DNA from: Amphiura filiformis | Lineage: Eukaryota | DNA length: 64,000 bases | Assembly (NCBI RefSeq): GCF_039555335.1 | Contig: NC_092647.1 | Span: forward strand, 18,628,946 to 18,692,945 | Direction of reading: 5' to 3' | Shown here: positions 39,095 to 49,384 of the stretch, in pieces | Layout of the letters: each line of letters starts with the position of its first letter | Position numbering within the stretch: position 1 is the stretch's first letter | Position numbers and translations under genes: made by a program | The notes under the pieces: model-generated | Database searches by the model: none | What the model was told of the DNA's origin: nothing | What the model saw: the letters and a program-made list of their open reading frames with translations, nothing else

Positions 39095-39877
39095 GTGTTA
39101 ACAGCAGTTCCAATACAACCCTCTGGGTTGGGACCTTATTGGAATAGGTCTGTAATTTAATACTTTTTACTCGTAGCCCAATTGCAAAAAATTTGCGATC
39201 CCATAACTTTTGCCATTACCAAAAAATTATGATTTTAGACCCGAATGTACACATCGTGGGATCTTAACAGAATCCTGCCCCAAAGTTTGATGGGAACCAC
39301 TGCTTGTAATAATCACTACAGACCACAAAAGAATTAAGGTACCAGTTATGATTGTTCACCCCTGTATAATATCCTAAACAAAGAGAGACGTGTCATAATT
39401 AGAACTAGCAGCCAATAGCTGCACCTTTTTGTACATTCATTGAAATTGGTCAAGAAATGAAGACACAACAATCCCCAATATCATCCCAACAAAGATGCAA
39501 ATTCAAAAGTTACAGTTTGCTTCTTTGGATGCTCTTTGTACATAAAGCATTCTCGAAAAAGAGAACTAGCACTGAGCTTTTCATTGATTAGATCATTAAA
39601 ATTCTTCTGATTTTGTTCTTTCTTTTGGTTTTAGGTCACTGAGTTTCTTTAATTCTCAACCAATTCAACAAACAAGATCTTAAATCAGAGCTATATGGTA
39701 CAGGTAGTGGCTGCTGGTGTAATGACATATTTGTTGTTGTTTAGGATTGAACATAACTGTGAAGAAGTGAACATAACTGATACCTTAATTCTTTTGTGGT
39801 TTGTATAATGTTGCGCTACAGACAGGTGTACATGGACAGTAATCACTTAATAATATACAAATATTGACTGCTATGAA

Positions 39878-39998
39878 GGGCATAGTTAAAATTATAGGCC
39901 CGAGGTGATGTCAAAACCATGACTATGCCCGAAGCGAAGCTGAGGGCATAGTCATGGTTTTGACATCACCTCGGGCCTATAATTTTAAACTGTGCCCC
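39878..39998. repeat. Perfect 121-bp palindrome with 53-bp arms and a 13-nt loop (gaagcgaagctga)
   Basis: gggcatagttaaaattataggcccgaggtgatgtcaaaaccatgactatgccc is mirrored exactly by gggcatagtcatggttttgacatcacctcgggcctataat…. Confidence 0.85.
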
Positions 39999-40024
39999 GA
40001 ATATTAAGCAGTTAATATTTGTTT

Positions 40025-40624
40025 TATATACCGAATAATATAGATTCTTCTCATTTGATTGGTTAAAAGATTTCCTGACTGACAAGGCCTACAAGCTTTT
40101 AACTGCATAGGCCTAAGTAAGCTTAAATGCACACAGTGCATGCAAGAGCAAGGGTGCAGAATTTGGACCGATATCTACCGATTTCATATCTAAAACAACC
40201 CTACCGTTTCTGTGCTAACATCACACACTGCCGAGTCTCCAGGTCATAGTAATTTGTCTAAAAAGTGACATTTGGCAGGTCTAAATCCTTGACATGTAAC
40301 AGATTGTAAACAATCACTGCACTCACGGCGGCCAGGGAAAGATCGTCGTCAAGGAGAGGTCAAATTCCATTTCGAACTGTGATCGCGATAGTCTCTTTTA
40401 CAACACTGTAATCAACGCCGGCCGTATAGTGGAGTGCGCAATGTATCTGAGCGATCTGTGTATTCGGGTTGGGAATATCCAATTATTTAGCGGGCACAGT
40501 TGAATCTATGCCCGGGGCACAGTTGTTGCTTATGACGTCATCTTGATAGAAAAAGGGGGCACAGCTATTTTAATGATTCCACTTTTAACCAATCAGATGA
40601 GAGGAATCTATATGAGGTATATAA
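40025..40624. mobile_element. Non-autonomous element with ~45 bp TIRs (tatataccgaataatatagattcttctcatttgattggttaaaag / cttttaaccaatcagatgagaggaatctatatgaggtatata), adjacent to the palindrome
   Basis: Inverted termini. The interior contains gggcacagtt repeats and a TGACGTCA palindrome at ~40533. Confidence 0.5.
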
Positions 40625-40864
40625 CATGGAATGATATTCCATTAATGTTAAGTTCTTAATTGATAAGATTAGATGTTTAGTTGTAAATGTGATGTCACAC
40701 ATGTACAAAATCTAATCCCATCTAATGTCTTAACAAATAAAACGCATGAGTTCAAATGGATTAGTTTAACTCAACATGATTAGTCATGGTGGTTCAAAAT
40801 ATGTGTACATAAAGACAATACAACTAAACAAATTAGTAAGTAATTCATATAATTCTTATAATTG

Positions 40865-41044
40865 GTTATTCCAGTTGAAATCCATACACCCTATGGAAAA
40901 CATGACCTTAATCTCAAACAGGGGGTGTATATTTCAAATGGAGTCACTCGTTTAGGTAACTCCATTTGAAATTCACACTCCATCTGTGGAACATAAGGAT
41001 ATATCTTCCGTAAGGGGGGTTTATGGATTCCAACCAGAATAGCC
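40865..41044. mobile_element. Family H dimer copy
   Basis: Same architecture and termini as 36791-36972. Confidence 0.7.
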
Positions 41045-41663
41045 CAATAATTATGTTCCTACTAATGGCAGTACTGGTTTAGTTAATGAATAAAATTTCA
41101 CTAATCCAAATTCATTACACACAATAGGGTCATCTGACTCAGTTAGTTAAAACCCTAATCATCTTATTATTTCAACACCAACAACAGTTCTCATATTATA
41201 TTATATTTCAATTTTAAATCAGAGACAATTCAAAGTCCTATATTCTGGCCTACATACCCTATAAAAGACCCCATTTACAAAATTCAAACCACTTGGCACG
41301 TACGTGGTGATCGCTATCAAAATTACACAAATATAAGGCCATTAAATGGTTACCAATGTACATAAAACAAGATACCGGAAATATTTCATTACAATTACGT
41401 GGAATATTGACCCACTTTGGAGCCTAATTTTTTAAGCTGTAGATCATTTTTAAACCAAACTAAAATAGTATCATCTCTCCTCTATTTTCAGCTTTGTGCT
41501 AAATATACAGTTCATATTTTACAATTTAGAAGTATGTGATGGCTCAGCAGCAAAGAGACGTATTTCCGTACAAGTGCATAAGTGAATTCACCATACATGT
41601 GTAGTTCATGCTTATCATAGGTAATCATACACAAAGCAACTAATAAAAAAAGCTCAGTGATTT

Positions 41664-41943
41664 ATAGTGCAGTACCCAGGGTTTCCGCACCTTGAAGCCT
41701 TTACAAGGTCAAAAAGCATGATTTTCAAGGATTTACCCCAACACAAAAATCATGATGCGGCTCTCCAAGCGGCACGTGACAGCTCCTCTCCCCAAACTTA
41801 GTCAAAATTATACTTCAGGTAAAATTCCAATTTTCAAGGACTTTCAAAGGACCTTGTGCAAATTTCCAGGACTTTTAAGGCCTTGAAAAGGTGTTTTCAA
41901 ATTCAAGGACTTTCAAGGACCGCAGGAACCCTGGTGCACTATG
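41664..41943. mobile_element. MITE with termini atagtgcagtacccagggtttccgcacc / ggaaccctggtgcactat and internal ttcaaggac subrepeats
   Basis: Inverted termini of ~25 bp. Internal tandem (c)aaggactttcaaggacc motifs. Confidence 0.45.
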
Positions 41944-42071
41944 CACAGGCATAAACCCACAAGCCAAAGCACACTTTACAGGAATTTTCTGACCACTTTG
42001 GCCCAAGACACACCATATAAACCATTTTAGCAACACATGAAAAACAGTGGCTTTTTTCGACGGGAATAAGC

Positions 42072-42210
42072 AAACTATGATGCAATTTTATCAGTTTCGC
42101 CGTCGAACAGTGATTAAAGGAGGAAATAGGAAAAGTGATCCCACCCGGGAATTGAACCTAGGACCTCTGGTTTACGAGGCCAGAGCCTTAACCACGGGAG
42201 CTTCATAATT
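42072..42210 (-). mobile_element. tRNA(Thr-like)-derived SINE copy on the minus strand
   Basis: The reverse complement gives …gtggttaaggctctggcctcgtaaaccagaggtcctaggttcaattcccgggtgggatcac plus the tail cttttcctatttcctcctttaatcactgttcgacggcgaaactgataaaattgcatca. It is inverted relative to 42340-42478. Confidence 0.55.
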
Positions 42211-42339
42211 AGGCAGACTGGGAATTCAACCTATAAGTGGTCACTTAACCCTACCTCCTTTGTGCAAGTCATCCCAATGTGGCTCGGGCTTGACAAGCGT
42301 GAATAGTGCCATCCTCACTGTAGAGGGACATAACATGAA

Positions 42340-42478
42340 AAACAAGTGGCCAAGTGGATAAGGCGCTGGTCTCGTAAACCAGAGGTCCTGGGTTCAATTC
42401 CCGGGCCGGATCACTTTTCCTATTTCCTCCTTTAATCATTGCTCGATGGCGAAACTGATAAAATTGCATCATAATTTT
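42340..42478 (+). mobile_element. tRNA(Thr-like)-derived SINE copy on the plus strand
   Basis: It has a CGT anticodon-loop region and a GGTTCAATTCC T-arm, but no pairable acceptor stem. Its tail is identical to that of the minus-strand copy. The two copies lie head-to-head 130 bp apart. Confidence 0.55.
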
Positions 42479-43443
42479 AGCAACAATCACAGACTTGGAG
42501 CTAAGAAGCACACACCCTATAGAATACATACTGTAGATTCAACTCCCCAAGTTCTCAGATAACCATGACAATAAAACAGTTAGTTCCTTGCCCAGGTGAA
42601 TATCAAGTTAGCACAAGTATTTTACGAGAACAAACAGAGACTGCACAGGGCTCGAACTTGCATCCAGAGATGCCACTTGCTTGTTGAAAAAAAATCAGGA
42701 ATTTGCGAAGCGTATCCACTCATTCATTGCCAAAAATAATCCTGAATGTTTGGCTAAAAATGGCGAAATTTAGGAATTCCTGATAATCGGGAAAAGTGGC
42801 ATCTTTAACGGTAAATTTTGCGACACTTCGAATCATGTGCATATGCCTCAACTTTGCAATACGGCAGTCCTCCAGTTGCCCCAGCTACTACTTGGGGCAA
42901 ATCTAGGTTATTATGCAAACGACACCTTTTCGACGAAGGTCGTGATAATCACAGAACCTACAAAAACTCAGTGTTCACTTGACTGATTAGTGGAGATAAG
43001 TCTTTCTGCTGCAGAGCCATCAAAACTCAAGTCGAAGTACCTACTAATTATTGGTTATTAATGTATTTATTCATGGTAAACAAAATGAACCAACAATATA
43101 TTTTATTCCCTACATCAGTTTTGATTCCCAAGCGATTACAAACATGGTGCATTATATTTTAGTTTTGGATATCGTGTATCAAAATATTTTTTCCTAAATA
43201 ATATTGGAGTACTATAATATTTGTAAAATACAATTTATTACAAAAAGAGATTATTTGTTCATGATTCGTTTAGTACACAACTTTAGGCACAGTACATAAT
43301 ATTTGTAGAAATTCTATTCAATGTATTCATTTACAATTTGAAAAAAAAAAGCAAATAAGAAAAAATACTAAATCCAATAATATATTTAGTTATATTCAGC
43401 ACTTTGTTTACAATTAACCTGCAAGTACATGAGACAGTACGAT

Positions 43444-43612
43444 GGGCTGTTCCAGTTGAAATCCGTAACCCCTATGGAAGACATCACCTTAATATGAATT
43501 TCAAATGCAATCGTCCATTTAGGTACCCCCCATTTGAAATTCACACTCCCTGTGTGGGAGACTAAGGTCGTAACTTCCATAGGGGGTGTATGGATTTCAA
43601 ATGTAATAGACC
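43444..43612. mobile_element. Family H dimer copy
   Basis: Termini gggctgttccagttgaaatccgtaacccc … gggggtgtatggatttcaaatgtaat. Confidence 0.7.
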
Positions 43613-43820
43613 AGTACAAAATATTCTAGGCTTGGGACCAGAACTCGCTTTGTTCCCAAAAAAAGTTTGAAAATGTTAATCACTCTGGAAAAATCAAGAA
43701 ATTTTCAGAAAAATGTATTTTTCCAGTTCTTTTTGAGTAAAAATTTTGAAAAATTGAACATGGCTACTTTAGACACAGTAAGTGTATCCAAGCATAAGCT
43801 TCATAATTAGTTACAAATAG

Positions 43821-44088
43821 AGCTAATCCACTTAAAGAACACACTCCCCATGTGGAAGATTTTGGAAATATTTTCCACAGTGGGAGTATAAATTACCACA
43901 TTAACTAATTCTATTTGAAACTCACCCTCCCTCTGTGGAAGATCAACATTTAAATGTTCTCAGTGGGTATATGAAATTGAAATGGAGCTGCCTATAATGT
44001 TCATTCCATTTGAAATTCATACTCCCCCTGTGGAAGATATTTCCTAAATCTTCCACAGCTGGAGTATGGATTTTAAATGGAATAGCCC
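43821..44088. mobile_element. Family H trimer copy
   Basis: Collinear with 37161-37440. Confidence 0.7.
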
Positions 44089-44435
44089 TGAGCAAGTTCT
44101 GGTTCCAAGTCCTCAATATGACACTAACTTACAACAATAAGGTGTTATTGGTGACTGGTGCATTAACACAACTATGGAAGCAACAGATCACAACCCAGGA
44201 ACACTGTCAACTGTCATACTCATGAGCATGTCAACTAAATTGTGTAGCCCCCCCCTGAGGATATATATAGATTATGCATCTAATGATATTAGTGCTTTGA
44301 AAACTTATACCCAACAACTGATGAGGAACTAGCATCATACCCCAAGTGCTTTTTATACCCTTGTGCATTTAAGGTCATTTCTAGGGTTAGGATCACTGAA
44401 CTTTGTACGAGAGAATACAAATTACAAATAGACAA

Positions 44436-44618
44436 TTGGGGAACTTCCATTTGAAATACTCCAGTTGCGGAAGATATAGGTAAAGTCATATACAGGGGGA
44501 GTATGGGGTTTCAAAATAATTAACCCTGCCCAATTCCATTTGAAAAACATACTCCCTCTGTGGAAGACTTGTTTTAAATCTTCCACAGGGGAATGCCAAG
44601 TTTCAATTGAAATAGCCT
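44436..44618. mobile_element. Family H dimer copy, followed immediately by a family S fragment at 44650-44840
   Basis: Hairpin units ttccatttgaaatactcc…ggagtatggggtttcaaaat and ttccatttgaaaaacatactccctctgtggaagac…. Confidence 0.65.
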
Positions 44619-45276
44619 ATATTGAGCCCCTCTCTCTAACATATTATCACTATGGACCACAATGGCCTCATCCCAATGGCATAGTTCAATAACCTCAATG
44701 AAACAATCAAAGTGTAAAATTTGACCTCAAGTTGCAGAGTACGAGTTTTTGTACACAAATTTTTAAAGGTCATTCAATGAATGTACAACTGTATTGGGGT
44801 TTAAGAACTGTGCCCTGATAGATGAACATGTTGTGAATCCTAGTGTTTACTCATCATTTTGGACTTTTTTAGTTATTTCCAACTAGGAATTTTCCAGGGT
44901 GTGAAATCTCGCCCTAATTCAAAAGCTTAAATGCAGCCCAAATATGAGAACGTGTCCCAAATATGAGAATGTGTCAAATATAATAGAGACAAGAATGTAT
45001 ACCATTACAATAGTGCATTGCGGGAAATTCTCAGAAAGGTCTACGCGCAAAATGTGATCCTCGGAAAACCCCAAGTTTACATCTTAATACATTTCGATTC
45101 ATTTGCATTGTAAATAACTTGGTTCTCAATATAAGACTTTGACAGGTGACAGTGACCCCGATAATGGAATGATCGCACCTTTTCTGTACAGCGGCTTTGG
45201 AGATTACTTCTTGAGTTGAACATTGAGATGATTCTCTGCTTACTCCCTCTCCTTCATTCAGAGGAATGATTGCGTC

Positions 45277-45351
45277 CTACTTATTTAGGGGATCAAAGTC
45301 CGCCAATGAGAAGTTCTCTGTTCCTAAGCTTAAGCCACGCTCAAAGCCCTC
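45277..45351 (-). CDS. Candidate terminal coding exon (EGFERGLSLGTENFSLADFDPLNK, then a stop)
   Basis: On the minus strand a strong acceptor (tctcttttttttcag|gagggc) opens a phase-0 frame that runs 24 codons to TAG. Phase 0 matches the phase-0 donors of the tandem exons upstream. The evidence is weak because it rests on a short ORF and a splice-site motif only. Confidence 0.25.
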   Translation of the reverse strand, partial: EGFERGLSLGTENFSLADFDPLNK

Positions 45352-46039
45352 CTGAAAAAAAAGAGAACAAAAAATCAGAAGCATGTCTTGAAGGCAGATT
45401 CTGTGATTTCTGCATCCTTCTTTACTTGTTCAAAATGTGGCCTTGTGTTTTTAGCTGCGAGTCCAGCTCATGCAATAGCCTTTAGTTTGTCCATTCATAA
45501 CGAATGCGCAATCGCTTGTTCACGGTTGTTTGGTGGGATCATTTATTAATTTTTCAAACAAAACATCATGTACAACCATATTTTAGGCTTAAACAGCTAA
45601 AAGTGATATCGTGCTAATGTATACAGATGCTTTTGAGTCATTCTCAACTTTCATTTCCCCTCTTTTACAAAATTATTTACTTTTATAGTATTTTTTAAAG
45701 CTTTTTCGGATATAAAATGTATATATTTATGACAAAATTGGTGGCGCTATTTAGTTACTGGAAATTACCCTTTTAAGCTTTTAATACAAATAATTCCATT
45801 TATTGTTTGATAAAATTGTTTATAAAATTTCCTTGTTGCTTGTTTCACCTATTCCAGCTGTTTTAATGGCTCTATCAATCACCTAACCCTTGCAAATAAA
45901 GAAATATGATTTAGGATAAATAGCGCCATCTATAGTTTGCATTTAGTTAATAATGAAGCCAATTCTATATACATCAAACTGCTGGTCTCCCTTGCTGGGG
46001 GCTGGATCATAAGAAGGGAATCTAACCCTTACCCTGGCG

Positions 46040-46126
46040 ATAAACTTACCTGCATTTCCTTCATCTGATTATCCATATAGAGTTGACCTGAGCTTGCAGG
46101 GGATCTGATCAGGTCTCCTGCTGCTG
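46040..46126 (-). CDS. Tandem-duplicated exon copy a (QGRPAAGDLIRSPASSGQLYMDNQMKEMQ), 87 nt, phase 0-0
   Basis: On the minus strand: acceptor cccccag|caaggg, donor gcag|GTAAGT. It has a single open frame. It differs from copy b by a 24-nt in-frame deletion. Confidence 0.45.
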
Positions 46127-46181
46127 GTCTCCCTTGCTGGGGGCTGGATCATAAGAAGGGAGTTTAACCCTAACCCTGAGG

Positions 46182-46292
46182 ACAAACTTACCTGCATTTC
46201 CTTCATCTGATTATTCATATAGAGTTGATTGTCTACATCCATGAAGAATTGACCTGAGCCTGTAGGGGATCCGAATGGGACACCTTCTGCTG
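46182..46292 (-). CDS. Tandem-duplicated exon copy b (QGRPAEGVPFGSPTGSGQFFMDVDNQLYMNNQMKEMQ), 111 nt, phase 0-0
   Basis: Acceptor …ccgtcag|caagg, donor aatgcag|GTAAGT. Only one of its three frames is open. Confidence 0.5.
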
Positions 46293-46357
46293 GTCTTCCT
46301 TGCTGACGGCTGGATCATAAGAAGGGAGTTTGACCCTAACCATGATGACAAACTTAC

Positions 46358-46464
46358 CTGCATTTCCTTCATCTGATTATCCATATAGAGTTGATTGTCT
46401 ACATCCATGGAGAATTGACCTGAGCCTGTTGGGGATCTGAACGGGTCACCTTCTGCCTCCCTTG
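46358..46464 (-). CDS. Tandem-duplicated exon copy c (…AEGDPFRSPTGSGQFSMDVDNQLYMDNQMKEMQ). It has a 4-nt deletion near the 5' end, so an alternative acceptor 8 nt downstream (ggag|gca) is needed to keep phase 0.
   Basis: The same donor CAG|GTAAGT. It has a unique open frame encoding the conserved peptide. The acceptor position is uncertain, so this may be a decaying copy. Confidence 0.4.
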
Positions 46465-46519
46465 CTGGGGGCTGGATCATAAGAAGGGAGTTTGACCCTT
46501 ACCCTGGCGATTAACTTAC

Positions 46520-46633
46520 CTGCATTTCCTTCATCTGATTATCCATATAGAGTTGATTGTCTACATCCATGGAGAATTGACCTGAGCCTGTTGGGGATCC
46601 GAACGGGTCACCTGCTGCTGCGGCTCTCCCCTG
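46520..46633 (-). CDS. Tandem-duplicated exon copy d (QGRAAAAGDPFGSPTGSGQFSMDVDNQLYMDNQMKEMQ), 114 nt, phase 0-0
   Basis: Acceptor cagcccccag|cagggg, donor aatgcag|GTAAGT. Single open frame. The intron separating it from copy c is only 55 nt. Confidence 0.5.
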
Positions 46634-47015
46634 CTGGGGGCTGGTTCCTGAGAAGGGGGCCTGCCCAAAAGGGTCGCTTGCAGCTCCACCCGACCCTGTT
46701 TAAAGAAATTTAAAGGCATAGTTGTGAACCTTTGTTTAAGTGATAACAATCAAAAATGAGTGACTTATTAAACAAATGAACATCCATTTTAGAACTCTGA
46801 TAAAATCAGAGACAAGCACAATCAGGCATGAGACTGCACTTTCCTAAAAAAACAAAAAAAACTGAAAATGCGCGTGAAATTGGGCAAAAAGTACCAAAAA
46901 CAGGCTGAAATTAAATAAAGTTGCGGAAATTTTGACTATAAAAAAAACTGAATTCAGTTTTTAAACTGAAAATTCTCATGCCTGCACAATTTTGACCTTT
47001 GCCGTTTTATCTTAA

Positions 47016-47212
47016 CCCCATAAGAACTACCTGCCGATGGGCCAAAAAGAAGTTTTCATTATCAATTGGACCAATCAGTAACATTGTTAGAATAATTTCA
47101 CCACACAAAAAAATTTGGGTGAATTATTTGCAAAACTCCATTCTGATTGGTGATTAAAATGAAAATTGACCAATCAGAGGCAATGTTAGATCGGCAGGTA
47201 GTGCTCAGGGGG
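47016..47212. mobile_element. piggyBac-like MITE (family P), ~27 bp TIR ccccataagaactacctgccgat…, with perfect TTAA duplications
   Basis: TTAA at 47012-47015 and 47213-47216. Termini begin CCC…, as in piggyBac. The interior carries paired CCAAT/ATTGG motifs (gaccaatcag / ctgattggtg). Confidence 0.7.
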
Positions 47213-47981
47213 TTAACAATGGCGAGTATCACACTGCAGCTTTCATATCTTCTTACCATAATATTTCAAGGGAAAACATAACAATGGGTAACATGAAACA
47301 TTGTTTCAACAGATTTGTAAAAAATTTTAACTTCTGACAATGAGAAAATCAAGACGGCTGGGATTAAGTTTTAAAAATAACAGGTGTGCTACAAATCACA
47401 CTTCTGGAAATGTTAAGGGGGGCTGTTAGGCATGCTATTAAATTACACTCAATAAGAAGTTTAGGAATCGTGATTTAGGAAGTGTGATATAAATAGCACC
47501 CGGCAAGGCAATTTAAAGTGTGTGATGGTGTGTGATCGCACCAGTATGCCTTAAAACTCAATCCCCGAGACAGCTTTTTCATCATGAGAAATATTGAATA
47601 TTCTTATTCAGTTGGTGTGTCTTGTCAAGAATACACACAATTTGATTGGTTTTGGAGTGTCTTATATCACACAATAGTGGATAAGTGATATTAGTCAGGG
47701 CGCGCGCCGCCACGCAACTGCTGCACGCTTGTTGCTCCTCAATGATCGCGCGATAATGCGCCGGCATCCACTACTCAAAATATTGGCCAGCCCACCCATT
47801 ATGACATGATATTGGATAGGCAAAAGACAAAATCCTATCTTTTATTCTCTAAATATTGAATGGTTTTGGTGTGGCTTTGGTTCGAGGACACCACTCATCT
47901 TAAGCAAGCAACTAAGTAAGGTGTGATACAAGACTATATTTTTCTCTCAAAACAGATTTTGTGTGTCTTGGCTATTCTTAC

Positions 47982-48053
47982 CCACGGGTCTTGCAATTGA
48001 GCCTGGTGTAGTCCCTGCTCTACTCCTGGTTGATTTAGGTGGTGGTGCAATCC
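47982..48053 (-). CDS. Candidate exon D of a minus-strand Pro-rich gene (G|IAPPPKSTRSRAGTTPGSIARPV), 72 nt, phase 1-1
   Basis: Acceptor tgtatgttgcacag|gg, donor cccgtgg|GTAAGAat. The Pro-rich frame needs a 1-nt carry-in, which exon C provides. Confidence 0.4.
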
Positions 48054-48514
48054 CTGTGCAACATACAGACAAACACACAATCAAATCAATATACGCATAT
48101 ATACAATATAGGATAGAATATGATAACATCATTTTCGATTCGCCAGTGAAGTGTTACGTGTAATCCTATTATCACCATGTCAACTGGATCATGCTTTTGA
48201 GTTCTGCAATACAAAGTCTATGGCATGTATTATCAATTCCAAAAGGTGTGTGAACCAGCTACCAGGGAGTTACGTAACCATTTCGCTGGCGGATAGCCTA
48301 TAATTGCCCTGCTTAAGTGACAGTTTTACAACCATGGGCCCTAAACAAGAGCACCAATGGCGCTGTGGCTCTGTGCTTTTTTGAATGTGAAAGTAATTGC
48401 AGTCGAATGTGCAACAGGTGAAATCATATACATTGTATGTGCCAGATCACACGCAATCATACATCTTGCTGGTTGGTAGCTATATCTTATTTGCAGAGCA
48501 TAATACATCCATCA

Positions 48515-49290
48515 ATAAGTTTCATATCCACATGAGGTTTTAGTAATTTGACCACAGATGACCCCTGAGTGACCTTGGATGACCCCAAAATGACATTCCA
48601 AAATTTGGCTTGAAATGTTGACTGTACCCACCAAGTTTCATGCCCATGCGAGTTTTTAGTAACTTAACCTCAGATGACCCCTGGGTGACCTCGGATGACC
48701 CCGAAATGACCTTCCAAAAATTTGACTCTAAATGTTGACTGTACCCAGAAAGTTTCATGCCCATACAACAGTTTTTAGTAATTTGACCTCAGATGACCCC
48801 TTGGTGACCTCAGATGACCCCAAAATAACCGTCTGAAAATTTGACTCTAAATGTTAAGTGTACCCACCAAGTTTCATGCCCATACAAGTTTTTAGTAATT
48901 TGACCTCAGGTGACCCCTTGGTGACCTTGGATGACCCCGAAATGACCGTCCGATAATTTGACTCTAAATGTTGACTGTACCCACCAAGTTTCATGCCCAT
49001 ACGAAGTTTTTAGTAATTTGACCTCAGATGACCCCTTGGTGACCTTGGATGACCCCGAAATTACCTTCCGAAACTTTGACTCATAATGTTAAGTGTATCC
49101 ATCAAGTTTCATGCTCATACGAGTTTTTAGTAATTTGACCTCGGATGACCCCTAAGTGACCTCGGATGACCCCAAAATGGCCGTCAGAAAATTTGACTCT
49201 AAATGTTAACTGTACCCACCAAGTTTCATGCCCATACGACAGTTTTTAGTAATTTGACCTTAGATGACCCCTGGATGACCTCGAAAGTGA
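48515..49290. repeat. Satellite of 117-118 bp unit, ~6.6 copies (…gtttttagtaatttgacctcagatgaccccttggtgacctNggatgaccccgaaatgacc…caagtttcatgcccatac…)
   Basis: Regular period between successive tagtaatttgacc motifs. Confidence 0.9.
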
Positions 49291-49384
49291 CCTTCACCCA
49301 CTAACCAATACAAACTTGTTCTGTCTGGGGTCAAGATGCACCCGCCCACCAAGTTTGAAGAATGTACGACCCTAGTCTCCGAGA

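Larger units (their letters stand above)
45971..46700. repeat. Tandem repeat of a ~160 bp unit, ~4.5 copies, each carrying an exon-like segment (see the CDS features inside it)
   Basis: Periods of 157-168 bp between successive ctgctggtctcccttgctgggggctggatcataagaaggga motifs. Confidence 0.9.

Noticed and set aside
42345-42417. Possible intact tRNA-Thr(CGT) gene
   Set aside because: The D-arm, anticodon arm and T-arm can be drawn, but the 5' and 3' ends cannot form an acceptor stem. The sequence also continues into a conserved non-tRNA tail that is shared with an inverted second copy. It is a tRNA-derived SINE or pseudogene.
46700-47982. Bridging exon between exon D (48.0 kb) and the tandem exon array (46.6 kb), for example an AG/GTAAGA-bounded segment at 47262-47340
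   Set aside because: The only candidate with splice-like edges is AT-rich, not Pro-rich, and has a stop in the required phase. Whether the two exon sets belong to one gene is therefore left open.
48540-48764. 74-aa minus-strand ORF across the 118-bp satellite
   Set aside because: The unit length is not a multiple of 3, the ORF spans repeat copies in shifting frames, and there are no splice signals.
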